This document shows, piece by piece, positions 37,001 through 47,655 of a stretch of DNA of 64,000 nucleotides. The position numbers were made by a program, and so were the translations under genes. Each line of letters starts with the position of its first letter. Position 1 is the stretch's first letter. A model generated the notes under the pieces. That model was given only the letters and a program-made list of their open reading frames with translations, did not search any database and was not told the DNA's origin. The DNA comes from Chara braunii (Eukaryota > Plantae > Charophyceae), in contig BFEA01000018.1 in NCBI GenBank assembly GCA_003427395.1, forward strand, positions 6,040,413-6,104,412. The letters are read 5' to 3'.

Positions 37001-38324
37001 AAGAAGACGACTCTGCCAAGTTGCGATCGGCCTCTTCTACCGTATTACGGGAAGTCAAGATATCTCTAAAATAGACGCACGCATATTGTGTACTCTTCCG
37101 CAGGTTGGGGTCAAAGAGGTGGGCCAGTTCTTTCATAATCCTGTGCTGGGGGGTCTGACGATTGACTAACGCGAATGTCTCTTTCGACATTCTGTCCAAC
37201 TTTTCCATGCCCTTTATCTTACACCTCTCCTGCCATATTCTTTGCTTGTTCAGTTGGATGGCTTCCCATTTTTCTAGCCAGCGGACACGTTCTCTTGCCC
37301 AAAAAATGTCTGAGACTGGATGAGCACCCATCGATGCTTCCGCCTCCTCAATCTTTCTCCTGCATGTCTGTTATTCCTTATTCCTAAAATGAGTTTTCAT
37401 GATTGAGATGACGAGCAGGCCTTTGGATATAATCTGAAGACCTGTTGTTAACCACTCACCTGTTGATGGGAAATGGGTCTTGGCCGACTGCCAGGATTTA
37501 TTTTGCTGTTGAACCCAAGAGATCACGCCAGGGTCCTTCAAGTTGTCCGTGTTTAATCTGAAAAAAAACCTTTCTCTGTCAATGCAGGGTCCTGGGGCAA
37601 ACCGAGCAAGCAGGGGATAATGATCTGAGAGCGGATCCACCATTGTATCAATTGTAAGCAGTGATTCCCAGGCCGAAGCCCTCAGAAACATCATGTCCAA
37701 TCGATGCTGATTTCTTGCCACAGTGGTCCTTCTACTCGCGGGATGCCATGTGAACCCGTACTCCTCCGGGTGAGTAACCCGGTATGCATCAATCAGATCT
37801 TGACCCTCTAACAGTGCCAACAGCAGTTTGGCATCTGACCGAATGGGTCGGACCTCCAACGTATCAAGACCTGGGTTTAGTATCACGTTCCAATCCCCAA
37901 CCATAACCAAGTTATCCACATCCGGTATTGCCTCTACTAAGTTTGAGAAAAAACGCAATCTCTCTCGACGCTCTGATGGAGCGTACACGCACATGAAAGC
38001 CCACATTTCATCGGCTACAACCCCTTTGATCCAAACCCAATGCCCCCAATTATCAAAGCATTCATCTACCCATTCGAAATCCAGATTCCTGTGAATTAGA
38101 ATCGTTGTTCCCCCTTTCGTTCCATCTGCTGGCGCCCACAATTGTGGGCCATCCCACCACCGTCCGAGCTCTGCTATTCTCTGCGAGTCTAATTTGGTTT
38201 CCTGCAAGCATATAACCTGGGCTCGCCGTGTGTGAATCCAGGTTTTCAGTCTGCCGCGTTTGTCCCGCCCATTCTTGTCTACTAATCCCCTAACGTTCCA
38301 GGATGCAACTGAAATTTTGTTCAT
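34093..38324 (-). pseudogene. LINE-B ORF2 (endonuclease + reverse transcriptase), disrupted
   Basis: SWNVRGL, CLQETKL, VGDWN, SDHYP, KAPGEDGLP, NWRPISLLN, LDLEKAY, LRQGCPLAPLLF, ALADDL, CARC...HLWGNCP. Confidence 0.94.
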
Positions 38325-39214
38325 GACGCCGGGGCATGGTCGAAATGATTATGGATGCGACCATTACCTTTGGATGTCGCTGGGGTTTTCCTGCGTCTAG
38401 CTTTCCCAGACTCAGTAGCCCACGAGCCCCAAGGGGAGGTGAGACTGTCCCTAAAGAACAGGGAGGACAGATTGCGACCTTTGAGCTTGCTGTTGCATTC
38501 TGCAACGAATTCAGCAGATAAGCCATCATCCAAGCAGATCCGTGCCAAATTCGGGTTATCTATTCGGTCAAACCAATGTCCTGAAGCCCAAACCACTCCT
38601 TTTTCCAGGACTGGGTAGGCATCAGGCGGAAGTCGCAGATCCACGAAAGGCACGTATAGCCTGTGCCACCGACCCAATGGATCCTGTCGCACCGCTCTTC
38701 CCATCGTGACGTTCGGGACCACTCTGCACGGGAAGCGGTTATTCAACTGCTGCTTCACACAATTCAAAATCATTTCATTATTCGGAGGCAGATCCGTGGG
38801 AAAAGTGGCCATGAGCAGGCCACCATCCCCTGAGTCATAGCAGAGGACAAGAGTCCCTTTTGCATCCGGAACACAGATCACCGGAACGATCCGTTTGAGC
38901 GCAGTGCCTGCTTCTCTTCCTATCGATGTCATCCCTGTTTTGGGTTCAAGTCCCGGATCATTGTTGAAATGCTGGTTCTGTTGCCACAGAGATTCTGTAG
39001 CCGGATGAATCAATGAGGCTGAGGACTCACCTTCTGAGAAGCCCAGCGACCTGGATGATTTCTCCCCATCAAGCCCTTCCACCCTGGTTCTTCATTGTTT
39101 AGTTGGGCACTTGTCCTTCCTTATGCTAAGATCTGCCAACGAACCTTGTGCTTCCTCCATTCTCCCTTGCTGCTGAGGGTCAAGCACGACTGCCGGGACC
39201 AAAACTTGCTCATG
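38321..39214 (-). pseudogene. LINE-B ORF1 C-terminal part
   Basis: Homologous to LINE-A 27975-28730 (IVPVIC/LVPLIC ... RLYVPF/CLYFTF); the frame extends up to 39214 through one TGA. Confidence 0.8.
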
Positions 39215-40121
39215 CGAAAAAAAAAAGAGGAGGGGCGCGGAAACGGGCGCCCGGTAGCGCTCCGCTACGCGTCGCCGGTAGTAGTTCGCCGGCGCTCTTC
39301 CGTCACTTTCATGCGGTCGCAGTGTGAAAGTGAGGCAACCACCACCTCGCGTCTTCTGATGACGCCAACCACCTCACCGAGCTTGGGAGGTGAAGGGGTT
39401 GACGAAGGGTCCTTATGAAGAAGATATAGCACCTATGTGAAGGAGACGAACTGACGTGCGCCATGTTGGCCCCCGTCCCAAGGTGAACAAGGGTAAACTC
39501 GGAGTTATCGTGGAGGTTATCGGTAGGAGAGAGATTTGGGAAATCGAAGCTGGGAGCATGGGAGATTATCGTGGAGAATATCGGCTGTATAGTTGGGCTC
39601 CGGCTTACAAGGAGCGGGAGAGTGGCTCAGTTAGTCCTATCACTCACTGGGACGGTAAGAGTCGGATACTTGGGGTGCTTTGTATGGGAGATTTCCCAGC
39701 AGAATCTCGTGTTTAGAGATTAGACTCCCCAAGTAGGGTGCGGCTTCTTCGCGAGGACAGATCGTATTCGAGCTCGGTTAAGGCTGAGGGGGCTCTGTCT
39801 CTAACGACCACCGCTGACCAGAACAGTTACAAGGAGCGTTGACGCACCCAAGATATGGGCAACAGAAGACGGGACTTCCAGTATTGAACTGCCAGAGTCG
39901 GATTGATGGTAAAAGGTTTCTCTCCTCTTCCCTACCCCACTCTTCGGAACGGGTTGGTATTTATCGGTCTATTTTACCTGGCCTCACATGTAGGATATTT
40001 AGTAACAGAGTAATAAACGCGGCTTAGGATTATAGTACTTAGTAGGTCTCTCTTTTTTTTTTTTGCTTGTTGACGTTAGCATTTACCCTGTGAATTTTGC
40101 TGAGAAACCCCTATTTATAGG

Positions 40122-41615
40122 ATGGCTGCCCCGGGGATGAAGAAGAAGAACGGATTCGAACATTGATAAGTAAATGCTTGGAGGATGGAGTGTTCCCTGA
40201 GGGATTGGACCATGGTACGTGTGTAATCGAAGGTCGTACGGCCAAAATCACTTTGAACCCAAAAATCGATGATGTGGTGGTCCGGTGGTTGAAGGAGAGG
40301 ACGGTAGTCGTTGTTTTTCAGGACGACGCAAAAAGCCTTCCGAATAAAATTAAGGAGATGTTGATCTGTATTTATGAGGATGGTTGGCACGCAAATCCAG
40401 CGGTCAACCCATCGCTCAAGAGAGGAAGGATTAAGTTCGAAGGGGCTAACGTCTTCTCATATGTGGCAACAACGAAAGAGATAGCAGATTACATGATCAA
40501 TAAGGGTTTGGATAGGATCACTCTGAACACTCAAGGGAACTCCAATGCCACTTACCCTGTTGTCTTCCGGAGATGGGCAACAAAGAAAGAGTTAGATGAC
40601 CTCAAATCCCAGGAAGCTGCCGGGAAATTTTGGGTGATGGCAATTAGGGTTTCTTTGAGAGCCATGTTCCATCTGCACTGGGCTATAGAAAACTCCATGT
40701 CCAAAATTATTATATATCCACCACAGAAGGACGCTCACTTTCCCCACCTGATGAACGTGAAAGTGGACTTAGTTGCTGAAGGCAGGCAAACATGGAAAGA
40801 CAAAGTGGAGTTTGAAAAAGACGGGGAGCAGTTCAAATTGGAATTCATCTCTCAAGCAACGGAATGGTGCAAGAAGTGCAGGTGGTTCTACCACACTGAG
40901 GATAACCTGATCTGCCCGCACCACCCTCACCACCACACCACTTAAGGGCCTACGGCCCCATCCGGTTCTCATCAGGCCCCACAATTCACTTCACCCATTC
41001 CCGGCGGATCAGCAGCACCTTCTGCAGGCTATCCAGGCCCGGCAGGACCTAGAGGAACTAGTCCTCGACCATCTATTCAATTGTTTCCTGCTGGGGTCAG
41101 ACCTCCCTCCTCGTCAAAGGCAGCAGGACCCCCACCGGCCTTTTCCTCCTCGCCCCCTCCGGGGACAAGTTCAAGAACGCAGGTGCCTCATCCCTTTGTC
41201 CCACCAGGCACTTCAGGTTGGCAACCACCCGTGGGGGCTGCACCGTGGTTCGCATTTCAGACCACCCGCGTATCAGCCAGGGGTTAATCCCGGGACAAGC
41301 GGGTCGTGGGTTAATGGTCAAATGGGAAGCGGGCTTTTTAACGGAAAGGTCCACATGCCGGGGCCGATTCGGGGACTGGGTCCTGGTCCAGCCACGGACC
41401 CAACAAGTCCATATCGTACACGCAGTAATCCGGCATATGAACCCGAACCTCCTCCCCGGAGAACAAAGACGAACAATAATGTTTCTGCAAATCCGCCCGA
41501 GCAACAACCCAAGAGCTCAGCGGAGCCTATAAGGCAGTCGTCCCCGCCGGCCAGTCCTTGCAGTAAAGACAAAGGGCCGGCAGACCCGGTTGGTTCCGTG
41601 CACCAACAGCTCCAT
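40122..41615 (+). pseudogene. LINE-B ORF1 N-terminal part (inverted segment)
   Basis: Homologous to LINE-A 26285-27220 (YEDGW/YENSW, KFEG/KNEG, CKKCRWFYHTEDNLIC knuckle), followed by a Pro-rich linker. Confidence 0.85.
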
Positions 41616-42160
41616 CTTGCTTTCACAAGTGCGTGCACTCTACAGTGCTGTGTGGCGAAGGGGGGGCAAACTGGCGAATGGAGGCTGTCGAATTTGTTCT
41701 GACAGCCGTCGAATTTTTTGGCCTTTCGACTGTGGTGTGGCGAGGCCCTGAATCTTCTGCAGAAGATGGGCCCTCGCAGCACTACTCTGCAAATGTGCAA
41801 AATGAGACTGAATTCACCGCTGGAACATGGAAAGATACTATACCATCTTTTTTGTCTTTTGTGCATCTGGAGACTAGTGCATCGAGGCCCATGGCGTATA
41901 TGTTTTTGGGCCTCGCTCCAAATGTGCAAAACGAGAGTGAGGGCGTCGCTGCACTACTCTTGAAATGCACAAAAGACAAAAATCATGTCGCTGTATCTTT
42001 CCATGTTCTAACGGAAGATTCACTCTCGTTTGGCGCATCTCGAGAGTAGTGCAGCGAGGCCCTGAATCTTGTGCAGAACATGGAAAGACCCAGCCTTCCA
42101 CTGCAATGATTTTTGTCTTTTGTGCATGTCGAGAGTAGTGCAGCGAGGCCCTTTTCTTTG
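41611..42160 (-). repeat. TCGA-rich repeat family, copy 2 (split by LINE-B; other half at ~33570-33765)
   Basis: Reverse complement of 24540-24840. Confidence 0.8.
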
Positions 42161-42629
42161 GGCACCGGTCCCGGAAATAATAAAGTTTTTTTGTTTGACC
42201 GGGGGGGAAATGGATTTACCACCGATGCTGGAGTGCACCCTGCCGGCCAACCCAACGTACAAAAGAGGCGGTCATGCAAACACGAGGTCAAATGTTCAGT
42301 CGGCGACTGAATTTGCCGCCTGGATCTTGCCGCCATTCCAACGGCGACGTCGCTACATCGCTCGGCGCAGGACTGTTGGCACATCATTCGACTCTAACAT
42401 TGTTTCGACGCATCCTTGTCCTTATCGCCTGCTGCTAGACGAGGTTTCACCGGGAGAGTTCACGAGACCGCTCGAGTCGGCTCAAAGCTCGCGGTTCTAA
42501 TAGTGGACGTCAACGAAAGAGGTGAGGTTATGTGCACCCCAATTTCTGTTGGATTGTCTGGCTGTTTTATGTATGAATGTGTGTTGTCATATTCGCTATA
42601 TACAACTCCAAAAGAAAAGCATGGCTGTG

Positions 42630-42682
42630 ATGTGTGTGTGTGTTTGTGTGTGTGTATGTGTGTGTGTGTGTGTGTATGTCAC

Positions 42683-42714
<32 letters not shown>

Positions 42715-42715
42715 N

Positions 42716-42768
<53 letters not shown>

Positions 42769-42869
42769 TCTCGGATGCCGGATCACGTCGCGTACGCTAG
42801 CGTACCTTTGCCCCTTCACCGAGGATCTCGAAGCCTCAAGGTTGGTCAGGCGGTAGCCAGACCGCGAAC

Positions 42870-42941
<72 letters not shown>

Positions 42942-43033
42942 GACCACGTTGTGCGACGAAGCACGTACGTTCATGATTGTAGCAAAAGTCTTGACGTGCC
43001 TGCGTGCGGAGCTTTATGCCGGCATCGGGAATG

Positions 43034-43070
<37 letters not shown>

Positions 43071-43096
43071 CGAGAGCGAGAGCGAGAGAGAGAGCG

Positions 43097-43147
<51 letters not shown>
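42630..43147. repeat. (GT)n and (GA)n microsatellite cluster
   Basis: Seen directly. Confidence 0.95.
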
Positions 43148-43150
<3 letters not shown>

Positions 43151-44239
43151 TGATGATGATGACTACGACCATTGCAATGATCGTTTTTTTTCCGTTCTGT
43201 TCGGGATAGATGAAGCCCATCGGGGAAAGCAGCGATGCGTCGCTAGGTCCCTGCCGGCACGAGGCAACAGTGTTCTGTTCGGCTCGTTGTAGTTCGTGTA
43301 GAAGAGAGCGGGTGCCATCGATAAATGGTAGCATACTACTGTCTTCACCCACATGGAATGGCCAATCATTACGCGCTGTGTGTTTGGGGCTTCTTTCAGT
43401 ATATAGATACGCCGAAATGATGGAGCGTTCTATTCAGATTAAGACAGTAGCACATAGATGCAAGCAGTAACTCGTTTTTTCTTTTTTTCTTTCTTTCTTT
43501 TATTATTAATTTATTATAACTCGTTGTTGGAAGTTGGACATGCCGTACGTTTGCAGATGTCATCGAGAACTGGCACTGGCACATACTATCCGGTTCACCC
43601 GACTAGAACGCACGGGCGTTATCGCTGTATCCAGACTGAGGGCGTACTCATACTACCCTTCTTCCCCCGAATGCAACGTTCGGTCAATATAGCTGTATTT
43701 GCAACGTTCGGTCAATATAGCTGTATTTAGACTGAAAGATGCCGCAAGTATCTCGACACTATTTGTCGTCAGATACGTCGAGGCGTGGCTGTACATATGG
43801 TCAGATACATCTGAGGTTGTGCTAGTGTAACTACGCCCTGAGAGCTTGCATGAATCCAGCTATGGGCATACTCACACTACGACTTTTTTTACGTATTTTT
43901 GGACGGAATTGCGGCCAGATACATCCAGGTATGGCCGTCAATGCGGTCAGATACATTTTAGATACTGCCTGCTAGTGTTAGTACGCCCTATAATACGTCG
44001 CCGTTATTTCACATAAAAAATATTGGCGGGGCCCGAGTTTCGTTGCAAAAATATATCTTTCGTTGCTGCAGCTTCAGAGGTCCCGCCGGTAGTTTCATAG
44101 TTGGTAGGATTTTTTTTTTGCAGGCAGGGTCCCACTTTCCTTGCAAAAAAAAAAAAAAAAAAAGACCTTTCGAACCCCTAGAACATTTCTGCTGCGTAAC
44201 TCCGAAAACGCGCTATTTTTTTCTGCAATTACCCCAAAT

Positions 44240-44302
44240 AAGATCAAGTGTAGTATCTGTTCTGATCAGTTTAATATCTGATCCGTGGTCCATCGGACCA
44301 TT
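44240..44302 (+). pseudogene. U2: U2 snRNA internal fragment with A-rich tail
   Basis: AAGATCAAGTGTAGTATCTGTTCTGATCAGTTTAATATCTGATCCGTGGTCCATCGGACCA (branch-site pairing region, stems IIa/IIb). Confidence 0.92.
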
Positions 44303-44969
44303 TAAAAAAAGAAAAAAGAAAAAAAAAGGAAAAAAAGAAAAGAGAAGAAAAACAAATAGGGGGACAAAAGTTACAAAACAGGACCGCCCACGGGCCCATA
44401 CCTCCAAACCCTGGTATTCCCCCTTTGCACTTGTCTACCTCCCCACGACCGCTGACTTAGGGCGTTGCCGCACGGCACACGAAACGAAAAACGAAACGAA
44501 TGTATCTTCCACCAGAAAATGGCCAGGTTCATCGGTTTGCTATAAATAGTAACGGGTGTATTTTGCCATCTTTGGTGGGCAGATGCACTCGTTTCACACC
44601 AGCTTGTTGCCTCTCAGTGAGGGCATAGTCACACTAGAACGTTTTTGTAGTACAAAGCTCTGGACGTAAATGCAGTCGGACCAAGCCCTATCAATTGCAG
44701 ACGTGCATGCATGCATGAATGCATTTAAGGAAGTGCTACGGTAGTGGGAGCGTGCCCTGACCTGGGAAGACAACGACCCATCGCGGAGACACAAAAAGAC
44801 AAACGATGGGAAGACGACAACACACTGGGGAGGGACAAAACGACAAACGAGTTCGCACTACATGCAGCCGAAAACTGCATTTTCGACATTTTCTCCTCGT
44901 CACGCCAATGTCGAAAACTGCATTTTCGACATTTTCTCCTCGCCACACAGGATGTCGAAATCCGAGATG

Positions 44970-45458
44970 ATCCAGCGGCCTAGCTCAGTTAGTTAGGCAT
45001 GCAAGTGGCATTCAGGAGGTTGTGGGTTCAAGCCCCATAGCCGCCTGCGGCGCACTTAGTGCCAATGGACTGTGATAGTCCTCTGGATACCCCTGATCGA
45101 TTATAGCGGGGTCTATGACCAACACGGGTGTGAGTGTGAGCGCGAGTGGGTTGTGTGTGGTGTGTGGGAGAGTGTTGGCCATAGCCTCTGCTGCTACTCG
45201 ATGAAGGGTGGGGGACGATGAGAAAGGGAGGCACAGCTACTGGCAGGTCTCGGGCTTTGTGTTAGCCAGACCCCCACTGGCGGCCCCAACCCTATACCCT
45301 AACCATTAGGGGCAAGGGGCAACATGAAATCTCCCCTTCACAGAGAGAGGAAAACTATGCTTGCAGGGGTCCCCTCTAGATAGTCTTAGGAGTAGGTAGT
45401 GGAAGGCAAAAACAAATAGAAGTGGAGAGAAGAATATAGAAAGAAAAAATAAATAAAT
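44970..45458 (+). mobile_element. tRNA-derived SINE family B, complete
   Basis: GCGGCCTAGCTCAGTTAG...GGGTTCAAGCCCCATAGCCGC head, (AAAT)n tail, 12-bp TSD AAATCCGAGATG at 44958-44969 and 45459-45470. Confidence 0.85.
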
Positions 45459-45709
45459 AAATCCGAGATGCAAAAAAAAATCAGGAGCTGTCAGGGAAAG
45501 GGTTTCGACACCTCCTCGAGAGAAGGGCTCGTTTCCACTTCAGGCCTGCAACTCGGACATTTTCAACAGTCCAATGGGATGTCGAATTCTTGCCCGAATG
45601 TCGAAAAAGAGAACGCACCAACGCTTGTCCTATCTTCACCCCAGTTTGTCTCTTTTGTGCATAGGACTTGTGAGTTCTTCACTTCGACATGCTGTGTGGC
45701 GAAGAGGTT

Positions 45710-45866
45710 TAAAGGGGTGACGGTCTTGAGATATTATCATTGAGCTGACCAGCCCCAGGCAATTCATTAGTAGTCGGTTTTACTCATCAAGTTCCATCAT
45801 CTGGATTCGAACACAGGTCTGTATTTCAACAGTTCATGGGTGTACCCACTGAGCTAGGCTCTTGGT
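45710..45866 (-). mobile_element. tRNA-derived SINE family A, complete ~155 nt
   Basis: A-box TAGCTCAGTGGG, B-box GTTCGAATCC, flanked by aagagg(g)ttt repeats. Confidence 0.75.
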
Positions 45867-46100
45867 AAGAGGGTTTTTCTGTCGAAAGAGGGAATGTCGA
45901 AAATTTCCTGACATACGTCGAATTTCGTGATGTTTCGACATCGGTGTGGCGAGGCCCTTACGGGCTGCGAATGCTGCACCTTTTTTTTCTCTCTTTTTTT
46001 TTTTTAATACAACGTGCACGTAGGCTACCAGAGTGGCCCGGGGTCACTTGCCCGGCCGGGCCAAAATAATTAAAAAAAATGTATATATAGGGGATTCTGC

Positions 46101-46156
46101 AGACTGTTGAGGGTTCAGCCTCCTGATGAGTCGGTGAAACTCTGACGAAACAGTTT
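46101..46156 (+). ncRNA. Type III hammerhead ribozyme
   Basis: AGACTGTT^GAGG-GTTCAG-CCTC-CTGATGA-GTCGG-TGAAACT-CTGAC-GAAACAGTTT: full core, GUU cleavage triplet, three stems. Confidence 0.88.
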
Positions 46157-46299
46157 GTCACAGCCCCTCGTTTGTTGTCCTCTTCTCTCTCTCTGCCTAC
46201 GGTTTACCGGGCAGTTCTGTTTGTGACGATATATACCGACAACCTTCTCTGCCACGTCGGCGGCGTTCGTCTTTTACGCGCCGACCCCGCCAGATCACA
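46156..46299 (+). repeat. LTR-like repeat (starts TGT; ...ACA followed by TCTGG)
   Basis: First ~85 bp are repeated at 63832 with the same TGTCACAGCCCC start. Confidence 0.5.
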
Positions 46300-46597
46300 T
46301 CTGGCTTTCCAGTGGTGACCGATTCGGATCTGCGGGCAGACCTACCAAATTCTTGTGGTTTGACAGCCACAAATGTCTGCCTACAGGCTTATCAGCGTCA
46401 ACGTTATAGTGCATCCCAATTTCTTACGATTGCGTATCAGCTTGACGCTGTTGAAAATGAGTTGTTGCTTGACCATAATAGTCCACCTGCAGAAGGTAGT
46501 AACTATACTACCTCAGGAGGCTATACTGTAAATGTCTTACAGTTAGCGTTTCACGGTCGCCACCTTCTTATGCATCATGCGACGCCAGGCGATTAAA

Positions 46598-46685
46598 AGA
46601 GGATTAGCATGGCCACTGCGCACAAAAGGATGGCACGCAGTAATCGAGAAATGGTCCAATTAAAAAAAAAAAAAATAAAAAAAAA
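46598..46685 (+). pseudogene. U6: U6 snRNA 3'-half retrocopy with poly(A)
   Basis: GATTAGCATGGCCACTGCGCACAAAAGGATGGCACGCAGTAATCGAGAAATGGTCCAATT followed by an A run. Confidence 0.88.
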
Positions 46686-46996
46686 TCGGCGTTCCGAAGA
46701 ACGCGTATAATCTGGCTGTTTTTTTTTTGTTTTCGTTGGTAGCATTCTTGGCCGCTCACACATAGAGTGCTGTAAGGGCTTAGACACACGCGCACTGTCT
46801 TGAATGAATCTGGCCGCATCTACGACCGGACGTGTATGCATCTGGCGGCAATTCCATCCAGAAATAGGTAGAACGGTGCCCATGTGAGTATGCCCTAAAG
46901 GTCGCTTCTTTTTGTATCACCTCGACAACCTTGTGGGCCTTCTTCTCCAACGCAGACCTATGCGCGGGTCAGCACACCCTATCGTAGGAATTGACC

Positions 46997-47050
<54 letters not shown>

Positions 47051-47053
<3 letters not shown>

Positions 47054-47358
47054 GACGGCCTTGACTTGGTATCTTCAAGCTGACCGGTCCCAGTTGTAAA
47101 TTCAGAGTTACATCCGGACCGGCTGCACCTGGGGCGAGGTTCCACTAGCAAAGAGGATTGGATTGAACGCCGTAATTTGGCCGCGTTTGTGGACAAGTGC
47201 AGAAAATCGAGATTGAACTCCTTTTCTGCATCTCTGCCTAAAACACGCCCAGATTCAGGACCTTAATCCAATCCCCGTTGCTTGTGGGACCATGTTCCTC
47301 GATTCGGACTTGGTTCTGTGTTTCATCAGTTCATGGGCTTACCAAGTGAGCTAGACCA
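47051..47358 (-). mobile_element. Diverged SINE family A copy interrupted by a palindromic element
   Basis: Head TAGCTCACTTGGTAAGCCCATGAACTGATGAAACACAG and tail GGTCAGCT...TCAAGGCCGTCGCC, with the palindrome at 47133-47292 in between. Confidence 0.6.
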
Positions 47359-47628
47359 GTTGGTCATTGCAGGACTTTTACGGAACTGCTCTGAACGCCA
47401 TTGCTGGCAGATGCATCTATGTGTGGCCGTAATTGAGGTCAGATACATGTAGGGAAAAGTGCTATTGGGAGTATATACGTGTGTCGCTCCACTGCCCTCC
47501 ATGCAGCTGCTTTATCTTCTTTTTATGTTTTCAAAACCGGACTGATGCTCCCCAGAATGGAAATGGAGCCAGGGCCGTAAGGACCTGTTTAAACCAAAAA
47601 AAAAAAAAAAAAAAAAAAACGACGGAGC

Positions 47629-47655
47629 ACTTATCAGATATTAAACTGATCAGAG
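47629..47655 (-). pseudogene. U2: Short U2 snRNA fragment
   Basis: TCTGATCAGTTTAATATCTGATAAGTG. Confidence 0.75.

Larger units (their letters stand above)
33766..41615 (-). mobile_element. L1/Tx1-like LINE (LINE-B), near full length with inverted 5' segment
   Basis: ORF2 and the ORF1 C-terminus are on - (33766-39214); the 5' UTR and ORF1 N-terminus are on + (39227-41615); the flanks rejoin into the TCGA-rich repeat. Confidence 0.9.

Noticed and set aside
24700-41750. Giant TIR transposon bounded by ~130-bp inverted repeats
   Set aside because: Better explained as two oppositely oriented copies of one interspersed repeat, the second split by LINE-B.
42416-43352. Long ORFs with CV/ER dipeptide runs (also 8346-9162, 19912-20955, 49645-51309)
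   Set aside because: Translations of microsatellites, low-complexity tracts or N gaps.
45287-45312. Telomerase-template-like AACCCTATACCCTAACC
   Set aside because: Imperfect match, lies within a SINE body, and has no supporting promoter elements.
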